Source of the DNA: Deinococcaceae bacterium
GTDB lineage: Bacteria; Deinococcota; Deinococci; Deinococcales; Trueperaceae
NCBI GenBank assembly: GCA_040256005.1
Contig: JBDZWC010000072.1
Coordinates: 1 to 15,243 of the forward strand
Length of the DNA stretch: 15,243 nt
Direction of reading: 5' to 3'
The translations under genes and the position numbers were made by a program. Shown here piece after piece: positions 6,266 to 13,320 of this stretch (position 1 is the stretch's first letter; every line of letters starts with the position of its first letter). A model generated the notes under the pieces. The model was given only the letters and a program-made list of their open reading frames with translations, ran no database searches and was not told where the DNA came from.

Positions 6266-6319
6266 AGCTTACCAGTGGAAAGATCCAAGAGGGTTGTGAT
6301 ATCTTACCGCCGGTAAGAT
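6266..6319. promoter_or_regulatory. Two TetR operator-like dyads in the divergent promoter region
   Basis: ATCTTACC-gcc-GGTAAGAT (6301-6319, perfect arms) and imperfect AGCTTACC-agt-GGAAAGAT (6266-6284). The latter contains the minus-strand -10 TAAGCT of tetR. Confidence 0.78.
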
Positions 6320-6371
6320 TGGTGGGACCGGCCTAGGTTGCCGACGGCATCGGCGGAAGGAGAGTCAAGAC

Positions 6372-6791
6372 ATGAACGGAACCGAGACCCTCATCAGCGT
6401 GGGTACGGCCAGGACGATCGGCGTCGTGCTCCTCACAGTCCCCTTCATCGCCTACGGCGGCACGTTCCTGTTGCGCGTCGTGCGTGGCGCCTTCCCGGCG
6501 ACCGACATCCAGAAGAGCTTCTTCCGCGCGGGTCACGCGCACGCCGGCGTGTTGGTGATCCTCGGCATCGTGGTGCGAGTCGTCGTCGACCTGGCCGGCG
6601 TCACCGGGTTGGCCGCGACCTTGTCCAGCGGCGTGCTGTGGGCCGCGATCCTCGTCCCGGCCGGGTTCTTCCTGTCGGTGGCTTCGCGGGGAGCCGAGCG
6701 CCCCAACCGCTTGGTGGCGCTGATCTGGTTGGGGGTAGCCAGTCTGACGGTGGGTGTCGTGTCGGGAGCGGTTGGTCTGCTGGGCGCCTGA
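6372..6791 (+). CDS. Small integral membrane protein (about four TM helices) with an RAGHAHAG motif; unknown function
   Basis: AAGGAG SD before ATG 6372; four hydrophobic segments; divergent from tetR. Confidence 0.85.
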   Translation: MNGTETLISVGTARTIGVVLLTVPFIAYGGTFLLRVVRGAFPATDIQKSFFRAGHAHAGVLVILGIVVRVVVDLAGVTGLAATLSSGVLWAAILVPAGFFLSVASRGAERPNRLVALIWLGVASLTVGVVSGAVGLLGA

Positions 6792-6909
6792 GCGCCCGGT
6801 ACGCGCAGGGCGCGAAGCAGCCCCGCGTCGCGGGCCAGGCAGTGTGGCAGTAGCCAGGTGGCTGCCTCGGGCCATGGGAGCGCCCGCGGGTCTCCCGTAT
6901 CATCGATCG

Positions 6910-7533
6910 ATGCAACCCGTGGTCGCAGAAGGCCAGCTCCTGGTGCTGGACGAGGCGGGACATCCCACCGGTGAGCTCATGCCCGCCGCTGAGGTACACG
7001 ACGAAGGGCTGTGGCACGCGGCGATCCATGTGTGGCTGGTGAGGGACCGTGACCACGTGTTGCTCAGCCGCGCGGCGCCGGAGGCCTGGCCGGAGCCCCT
7101 GAAGCTGGGCCCCAGCGCCGTGCTGCATGCCGCCATGGGGGACGAGGCCGAGCAGGCGGGCCTCGCCGTGGAGCGGCTCCTCGGTGCGACGTTGCGAACC
7201 TCGGACCTGAGAGCCGTCGGCACCTTCAAGTTCGAGCGTGCCTACGACCGCCACTACACCGACAGGGAGCATGTCCAGGTGTTCGCCGCCAAGGACGTGC
7301 GGCCCATGGACCAGTACGTGCTCCACGCCGCCACCATCGACAACGTCTACGAGGTACCGCTTCAGCGGGCGGTGAGCCTGTTCGAGAACGGGGACTACGT
7401 TCCGGCGCCCGGCTTCGACAGCATGAGGCGGATCAACAACGCGCTGTTGGTCGAGGACGACCTTCCCTCTCAGGGTCGGGACGTGCTGCTCGCAGAGCTC
7501 GGAGAACTGGCGGCACTCCTGCGGGCCGACTGA
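6910..7533 (+). CDS. Nudix-fold / IPP-isomerase type 1-like protein with a degenerate Nudix box
   Basis: LVLDEAGHPTGE...EVHDEGLWHAAIHVWL...VLLSR and DREHVQVF match IDI-like Nudix proteins. ATG 6910 is preceded by TATCAT 6 nt upstream. Confidence 0.75.
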   Translation: MQPVVAEGQLLVLDEAGHPTGELMPAAEVHDEGLWHAAIHVWLVRDRDHVLLSRAAPEAWPEPLKLGPSAVLHAAMGDEAEQAGLAVERLLGATLRTSDLRAVGTFKFERAYDRHYTDREHVQVFAAKDVRPMDQYVLHAATIDNVYEVPLQRAVSLFENGDYVPAPGFDSMRRINNALLVEDDLPSQGRDVLLAELGELAALLRAD

Positions 7534-7576
7534 CGCCTGGTGACATCTAGTCCACGGCCGGCATGCCGGGTCGCGG

Positions 7577-8350
7577 TCACGCTCCCTGGCCGAGGTTGAG
7601 GGAGAGCCCACCGTCGATGACGAACGTCTGTCCCGTCACGTAATCGGCGTCGGACGAGGCCAGGTAGACGGCCAGCTTCGCGATCTCCCAGGGTTCGCCG
7701 GCGCGGCGCCACGGGATGTTCTGCTCCGCCTCCTCGCGCGTCTCCACGTCCTCGACCGCTTCCTGGTTCATGGGCGTGAGGATCATGCCGGGCGCGATGG
7801 CGTTGACGTTGATCTTGTGCTTGGCCGCCTCCAGCGCCAGGGTGCGGGTGAGGTTCCTCAACCCGCCCTTGGTCACGTCGTAGACGGCGTCGCCAGCCGT
7901 GGGGATGTACTCATGGACCGAGGTCACGTTGATCAGCTTGCCGCCCCCGCCGGCCTCGCGCCTGACGTTCACGAAGCGCCGGCAGCCGAAGAACGGACCG
8001 TAGAGGTTCGTCTCGATGACCCTGGCCCAGTCCTCGGTCGACAGCCTCGAGACCTCGTCACCCGGGCCGCCCATGCCGGCGTTGTTCACCAGGATCGTGG
8101 GGGTGCCAAGGCGCTTCTTGGTCTCGTCGAAGAGCGCCTCGACGTCCGACTCCTTGCGGACGTCCACGCGTGTGACGAAGGCACGGGAACCTGCGTCGGT
8201 CACCATGCGCTCGGTCTCCCTGGCTCCCTCCTCGTCGGAGTGATACGTGACCGCGACGTTCGCACCCTCGCGCGCGAACTCGATCGCGATGGCCTGGCCG
8301 ATGCCGGAGTCGGAGCCCGTGACGATGGCTACCTGGCTGTCGAGACGCAT
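7577..8350 (-). CDS. SDR family oxidoreductase (glucose 1-dehydrogenase-like)
   Basis: TGSDSGIG Rossmann motif, NNAG, SVHE, YDVTK (YxxxK), VNAIAPGMILTPMN, YVTGQTFVIDGG; AAGGGAG SD. Confidence 0.93.
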   Translation of the reverse strand: MRLDSQVAIVTGSDSGIGQAIAIEFAREGANVAVTYHSDEEGARETERMVTDAGSRAFVTRVDVRKESDVEALFDETKKRLGTPTILVNNAGMGGPGDEVSRLSTEDWARVIETNLYGPFFGCRRFVNVRREAGGGGKLINVTSVHEYIPTAGDAVYDVTKGGLRNLTRTLALEAAKHKINVNAIAPGMILTPMNQEAVEDVETREEAEQNIPWRRAGEPWEIAKLAVYLASSDADYVTGQTFVIDGGLSLNLGQGA

Positions 8351-8468
8351 GACGCTCCCTTCCGAACGGGACGCTCGCCTGGGCGCTTAGATGCCGGCGC
8401 GAAGTCCCGCAGGTCAACCTAGGGGTCGCGCCCATGAGAAGGCGGCGCGAGGGATGACAGCCACGAGG

Positions 8469-8502
8469 AACGGCCGGCGCCTGGGAAGGGGCGCCGGCCG
8501 TT
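8469..8502 (-). terminator. GC-rich hairpin downstream of rnj; likely terminator
   Basis: AACGGCCGGCGCC (8469-8481) / GGCGCCGGCCGTT (8490-8502), about 60 nt past the rnj stop. Confidence 0.65.
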
Positions 8503-8563
8503 ACGGGTCGGATGGCCAGCCGCTGGAGCAGGGCAGGTAGCCGGTCGCTTCCCGCCCGGTGGC

Positions 8564-10210
8564 CTAGCCCTCGATGACGGTCGGGACGATGAGCGGGTTG
8601 CGGCCGGTGGCCTTCCGGATGTAGCGGCGCACCGGGTAGAAGATGTCGTCGCGGATGTCCGACAGGGAGCGCTTCTCGCGCACGCCCTTCTGCAGGCTCT
8701 CCTGGGCGATGCGCTCGATCTCCTTGACCAGCCCGTTCTGCCCCTGCACTACACCGCGGGTGATGACCTCGACGGTGGGCGCCTTCTTGCTGGCCAGCGC
8801 CATGATCACGATCACGCCCTCCTCGGAGAGGGTGAGGCGGTCGCGGATGACGGGCTCGGTGACCTCGCCGACGCTGTCTATCAGCACCACGCCGGCGTCC
8901 ACCTGGGCCACGACCTTCATGTCGTCTTTGGTCAGCTCGACGACGTCACCGTTGCGCACGATCATCGACTTCTTGGGCGGGTGGGCCATCGAGCCCGCCA
9001 GGCGCTCGTGGTTGACCTGGTGGCGCATCTCGCCGTGCCACGGCACGAAGAACTTCGGCCGCGTGAGGTCCAGGATCAGCTTGAGCTCCTCCTGGCTGGC
9101 GTGACCGGAGGCGTGCACCTTGTACGCCGGCGGGTAGTAGACCTCCACCTGGCGCTCGTAGAGCTGGTTGATGACGCGGCCCACCGCCTCCTCGTTGCCA
9201 GGGATGGGGTTCGACGAGAGGATGACCGTGTCGCCCTTCTTGAGCTGGATCTTCCTATGCGTGCCGGCCGCCAGCCGCGAGAGCGCCGCCATGGGCTGGC
9301 CCTGCGACCCGGTGCAGAGGAACAGCACCTTGTCGTCCTGCATGTCGCCCAGCGTGTCGGTGGACGCGAACGGGTTGGTGGCCTTCAGGTACCCCAGGTC
9401 CTGGGCGATGGTGGCGTTCTTGATCATCGAACGCCCCTCCATGACCACGCGCCTGTCGTACTTCTCGGCGACGCGGATGAAGTTCTGGAGCCGGTGCACA
9501 TGGCTCGAGAACGTCGTCACGATCACGCGGCCCTTGGCTCGCGCCACGATGTCGTCCACGGCGTTCATGACGTCGCGTTCGCTGGGCGTGTAGCCCGGGC
9601 GCTCGGCGTTGGTGCTGTCCGAGATGAGCAGCAGCACGCCGTCCTGGCCGGCCTGAGCCAGCTTGTGCAGGTGGCTGGTGCGGCCGTCGGCCGGGTGGTA
9701 GTCGAGCTTGAAGTCGCCGGAGTGGACGATGCGCCCGATGGGGGTGTGTATCACCAGCCCCGAGTTGTCGGGGATCGAGTGCGTCATCTGGAAGAAGTCC
9801 ACGGTGAAGTTCTTGCTCACCTTGATGCGGTCGTCGGTGGTGACCTGCCTGAGGTCGACGTCGGACTCCTTGATGCGGAACTCCTCGAACTTGCCCCTGA
9901 GCAGGCCCAGCGTGAGCTTGGCGCCGTACATGGGGACCTTGGGCAGCAGCCTGAGCATGTGCGGGATGCCGCCGATGTGGTCCTCGTGGCCGTGCGTGAG
10001 CACCCAGCCCTTGATCTTGTGGGCGTTCTCGACCACCCAGTCGATCTTCGGGACCAGGATGTCGACGCCCAGCATGTCGGCGTCGGGGAAGGCCAGGCCG
10101 CCGTCGACCAGCAGGACCTCGTCCTCGTACTCGAAGGCGAACATGTTCTTGCCGATCTCGCCCATGCCCCCGAGGGGGATCATGCGCAGCTTGCGTTCTT
10201 CTCGTGCCAT
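8564..10210 (-). CDS. rnj: Ribonuclease J
   Basis: IPLGGMGEIGKNM, THGHEDHIGG (MBL motif), HSIPD, SGDFK, DSTNA, TGSQGQPMAALSR, HASGHA; 548 aa; GGAGA SD. Confidence 0.97.
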   Translation of the reverse strand: MAREERKLRMIPLGGMGEIGKNMFAFEYEDEVLLVDGGLAFPDADMLGVDILVPKIDWVVENAHKIKGWVLTHGHEDHIGGIPHMLRLLPKVPMYGAKLTLGLLRGKFEEFRIKESDVDLRQVTTDDRIKVSKNFTVDFFQMTHSIPDNSGLVIHTPIGRIVHSGDFKLDYHPADGRTSHLHKLAQAGQDGVLLLISDSTNAERPGYTPSERDVMNAVDDIVARAKGRVIVTTFSSHVHRLQNFIRVAEKYDRRVVMEGRSMIKNATIAQDLGYLKATNPFASTDTLGDMQDDKVLFLCTGSQGQPMAALSRLAAGTHRKIQLKKGDTVILSSNPIPGNEEAVGRVINQLYERQVEVYYPPAYKVHASGHASQEELKLILDLTRPKFFVPWHGEMRHQVNHERLAGSMAHPPKKSMIVRNGDVVELTKDDMKVVAQVDAGVVLIDSVGEVTEPVIRDRLTLSEEGVIVIMALASKKAPTVEVITRGVVQGQNGLVKEIERIAQESLQKGVREKRSLSDIRDDIFYPVRRYIRKATGRNPLIVPTVIEG

Positions 10211-10361
10211 ATCTCTCCGTGTTCCGGCCTACGTACGCCGGGCAGGTACGCCTCAGCGGCGCCGCCCGCTTGGGCGGTGGGCCGGCGCGGTCACCCTGGA
10301 CCGCGCGGTTGGTCTGTCGATACACCTAGCCGCCATACGGTTGGCGGCGCTCGCAAGATAG

Positions 10362-10385
10362 GCCGGCCCTTAAGTCAGGGCCGGC
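10362..10385 (-). terminator. Hairpin just downstream of pnp (terminator or stabilising stem)
   Basis: GCCGGCCCT-taagtc-AGGGCCGGC, 15 nt after the pnp stop; weak U-tract. Confidence 0.45.
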
Positions 10386-10400
10386 GGGTACTACGTCGTT

Positions 10401-12785
10401 CTAGTCCTCCTCGCGGCGCGGGCCGCGTGGTCCATCGTGGCGGGGACCGCCCTCGCGACGAGGGCCGCGGTCGGCACCGCCCTCTTGCGGGCCCCTGTCG
10501 CCGCGGAACCCCCCGCGCTCGCCGCCGTCACGTGGGCCGCGGTCGCCGCGGAAGCCTCCGCGGTCGCCACGGTCGCCTCTGTCACCGCGGAAGCCGCCGC
10601 CGTCCCTGCCGCCGCGATCCCCTCGTGGGCCGCCACGGCCGCCGCCCCCACCGCCGCGCGCGGCGCGTGGAGCGACCTTGCCCTCCAGCTCGGGGCGGAC
10701 CAGGTCGATCTTGCCGCGCTCGTCGATGTTGTTGACCTTGACCTTGAGGTGGTCGCCCTCCTTGAGGTAGTCCTCGACGCGCTGGACGCGCTCCTCGGCG
10801 ATCTGGCTGATGTGCAGCAGGCCGTCCGTGCCGGGGAAGAGGGTGACGAACGCGCCGAACTCGGTGGTCTTGGCGACCCTGCCGTCGTACTCCTTGCCTA
10901 CCTCGGCGGACTGCGTCAGGCCCTGGATCTGAGCCTTGACGGAGTTGGCCGCCTCGGAGTCTTCGGAGTAGATGCGCACGGTGCCGTCCTCGAGGACCTC
11001 GATGGTGGCGCCCAGCGCCTCGAGCTCGCGGATCTGCTTGCCGCCCGGCCCGATGACCGCGCCGATCTTGTCGACGGGGATCTTGACCTGGATGATGCGC
11101 GGTGCCTTGGGCGAGAGCTCCGGCCGCGGTCCGGCGAGGGCCTCGGCCATCTTGCCCAGTATGTGCAGCCGACCGCGCTTGGCCTGCTCCAGCGCCTCGC
11201 GCATGATCGCAGCGGTGATGCCGCCGATCTTGATGTCCATCTGCAGGGCGGTGACGCCTTGTGAGGTGCCGGTCACCTTGAAGTCCATGTCACCCAGGGC
11301 GTCCTCGCTACCCAGGATGTCCGAGAGGACCTTGTACCGGTCGCCCTCCTTGACCAGGCCCATCGCGATGCCGGCTACTGGGGCCGAGACCGGGACGCCG
11401 GCGTCCATCAGCGACAGCGAACCGGCGCAGACCGAGGCCATCGAGGACGAGCCGTTCGACTCGAGCGTCTCGGCCACGATCCTGATCACGTAGGGGAAGT
11501 CTTCTTGCGAAGGGATCGTGCCGGCCAGGGCCCTGCGGGCGAGGTTCCCGTGGCCGAGCTCGCGGCGCGAGGTGCCGCGCAGGCGCTTGACCTCACCCGT
11601 CGAGAACGGCGGGAAGTTGTAGTGCAGCATGAACTCTTCGGTGGTGTCCAGGCCGAGGTCGTCCACAAGCCGGTTGCTGCGGCCCGTGCCCAGCGTGGTG
11701 ACGCCCAGCACCTGCGTCTCGCCGCGCGTGAACACAGCCGAGCCGTGCGCCTGAGGCAGCACGCCGGTCTCGATCCAGATGGGCCTGATCTCGTCAGGGC
11801 GCCTGCCGTCGGTGCGCGTGTCGTCCTCGATGACCATGCGCCTCAGCTCGGCCTGCTCGGCCTTGTCGAAGGCGGCCTTGAGCTGGTCGATGCGCTCGGC
11901 CGCGCCCTCGGCCTCTGGATCAGGCACGTGGCTGGCGATGATGGAGTCGCGCAGCGCCTTCACGGCGTGTGCCCGGTCGTGCTTGCCCTTCGTCAACAGC
12001 GCGTCCCTCAGGCCGGCTGCCCGGGCCGCGAGCGCGACCTCTTCGATCAGCATGCTGTCTAGCTCCGTCGCCGGAGCGAACTCGCGCTTGGGCAGGCCGA
12101 TCTCCTCGCGCATGCGGTCGATGAGGGCGACGACCGGCGCTAGCTGTGCCTGCGCGAACTCGATGGCGCCCACCATCACGTCTTCCGGCAGCTGGTCGGC
12201 GGCCGCTTCCACCATGAGCACGGCATCAGCGGTGGCGGCCACCGTGAGCTCGAGCTGACTGCCGCCCTCGTGGAGGACCTTCATGCTCGGGTTCACGACG
12301 TACTGGCCGTCCACGTGCCCGACGCCGCAGCAGGCCGTTGGCCCGTTCCAGGGCACGTCGGATATGGCCAGGGCCGCCGAGGCGCCGATGGCCGCGAGGG
12401 GGGCCGGGTCGTTCTCCTGGTCGGCGGAGAGCACCGTGGCGATGACCTGGATCTCGTTGCGAAGCTGCTTCGGGAACAAGGGGCGGATCTGTCTGTCGAT
12501 GAGGCGGGCGTTGAGGGTCGCCTGCGTGCCCGGCCTGCCTTCGCGGCGCATGAAGGAGCCCGGGATCTTACCCACCGCGTAGTGGCGCTCCTCGTACTCG
12601 ACCGTCAGCGGCAGGAACGGCATGGGCGACGTGGCGTCGCTCATGGCCGCCGTGACGAGCACGAGCGTGTCGCCGTAGCGGACGGTGACGCTGCCGTGCA
12701 GCTGCTTGGCGTACTTGCCGGTCTCGATCGTGAGTTGCCTGCCGCCGACCTCGGTCTGGTAGACGCGATGACTCTCTAGGTTCAC
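10401..12785 (-). CDS. pnp: Polyribonucleotide nucleotidyltransferase (PNPase)
   Basis: [84 protein letters not shown] ([10 protein letters not shown]) and S1 (FGAFV...DGLLHISQI). Start placed at GTG 12785 after AGAAGGAG. Confidence 0.98.
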   Translation of the reverse strand: MNLESHRVYQTEVGGRQLTIETGKYAKQLHGSVTVRYGDTLVLVTAAMSDATSPMPFLPLTVEYEERHYAVGKIPGSFMRREGRPGTQATLNARLIDRQIRPLFPKQLRNEIQVIATVLSADQENDPAPLAAIGASAALAISDVPWNGPTACCGVGHVDGQYVVNPSMKVLHEGGSQLELTVAATADAVLMVEAAADQLPEDVMVGAIEFAQAQLAPVVALIDRMREEIGLPKREFAPATELDSMLIEEVALAARAAGLRDALLTKGKHDRAHAVKALRDSIIASHVPDPEAEGAAERIDQLKAAFDKAEQAELRRMVIEDDTRTDGRRPDEIRPIWIETGVLPQAHGSAVFTRGETQVLGVTTLGTGRSNRLVDDLGLDTTEEFMLHYNFPPFSTGEVKRLRGTSRRELGHGNLARRALAGTIPSQEDFPYVIRIVAETLESNGSSSMASVCAGSLSLMDAGVPVSAPVAGIAMGLVKEGDRYKVLSDILGSEDALGDMDFKVTGTSQGVTALQMDIKIGGITAAIMREALEQAKRGRLHILGKMAEALAGPRPELSPKAPRIIQVKIPVDKIGAVIGPGGKQIRELEALGATIEVLEDGTVRIYSEDSEAANSVKAQIQGLTQSAEVGKEYDGRVAKTTEFGAFVTLFPGTDGLLHISQIAEERVQRVEDYLKEGDHLKVKVNNIDERGKIDLVRPELEGKVAPRAARGGGGGGRGGPRGDRGGRDGGGFRGDRGDRGDRGGFRGDRGPRDGGERGGFRGDRGPQEGGADRGPRREGGPRHDGPRGPRREED
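10404..10680 (-). repeat. Low-complexity RGG/RGDRG coding repeats in the PNPase C-terminal tail
   Basis: GGFRGDRG x3 plus several RGDRG/GPR units after the S1 domain. Confidence 0.85.
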
Positions 12786-12939
12786 TCTCTCTCCTTCTGC
12801 TCCCGCTCCGCTGCCCCTAGCGCGGCTACCGCCCAACTACGTGGACGGCGAGGCGACAGGCGCCTCGCCGCGAAAGACGTCGTGTTCATGCCGCATCCGG
12901 CGCAGGCGCCGGTACAGGCGTGTATGTGACTCGAGAAGT

Positions 12940-13209
12940 TCAGCGCCGCAGGCCGAGCCGGGCGATGAGGTCCTTGTAGGCCTCGTAGTCCGTGCGCTCC
13001 AGGTACGACAGCAGGCGCTTGCGCTTGCCGACCATCATCAGCAGCCCGCGGCGGCCGTGGTGGTCTTTCTTGTGGGTCTGGAGGTGCTCCGAGAGCTCCT
13101 CGATCCTCTTGGTGAGCAACGCGACCTGGACAGCGGTGGAGCCGGTGTCCTGGGCGTCCCTGCCGAAGGTCTTGGCGACCTCGGTCTTCTGTTCGGCGGT
13201 GAGAGGCAT
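12940..13209 (-). CDS. rpsO: 30S ribosomal protein S15
   Basis: [16 protein letters not shown]...[29 protein letters not shown]...LGLRR; 89 aa; AAGGAG SD; upstream of pnp. Confidence 0.99.
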   Translation of the reverse strand: MPLTAEQKTEVAKTFGRDAQDTGSTAVQVALLTKRIEELSEHLQTHKKDHHGRRGLLMMVGKRKRLLSYLERTDYEAYKDLIARLGLRR

Positions 13210-13296
13210 GCTAACTCCTTAACATTCCCGTCCGGCGCGGATCCCATCCATAGTCGTCGATACCGAGCCAGAGAACGTAGCCCGCTTAGGGCAACC
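13210..13296 (-). promoter_or_regulatory. Structured rpsO 5' leader (candidate S15 autoregulatory RNA)
   Basis: Minus strand: small hairpin GCCC-UAAGC-GGGC, then a long stem (ACGUUCUC/GGGAAUGU and UGGC-U-CGG/CCG-C-GCCG) ending right before the SD. Confidence 0.55.
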
Positions 13297-13301
13297 TGAC
13301 G

Positions 13302-13310
13302 AGTCTAGCA
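13302..13310 (-). promoter_or_regulatory. Putative extended -10 promoter of rpsO
   Basis: Minus strand TGcTAGACT about 93 nt upstream of the ATG. Confidence 0.55.
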
Positions 13311-13320
13311 CGGCAAGGCG

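Noticed and set aside
6601..7611. 336-aa minus-strand ORF
   Set aside because: Antisense to the membrane and Nudix-like genes; no motifs; expected in high-GC DNA.
10430..10660. Repeated GTCGCCGCGGAA-like units as a possible CRISPR or tandem DNA repeat
   Set aside because: Short, degenerate at synonymous positions, irregularly spaced and in frame within pnp; no cas genes.
8981..10735. 584-aa plus-strand ORF and other long ORFs opposite rnj/pnp
   Set aside because: Shadow frames caused by GC3 bias of conserved minus-strand genes.
12786..12836. Extended pnp N-terminus (start 12836)
   Set aside because: Low-complexity extension; the strong SD sits before GTG 12785, where PNPase-like sequence begins.
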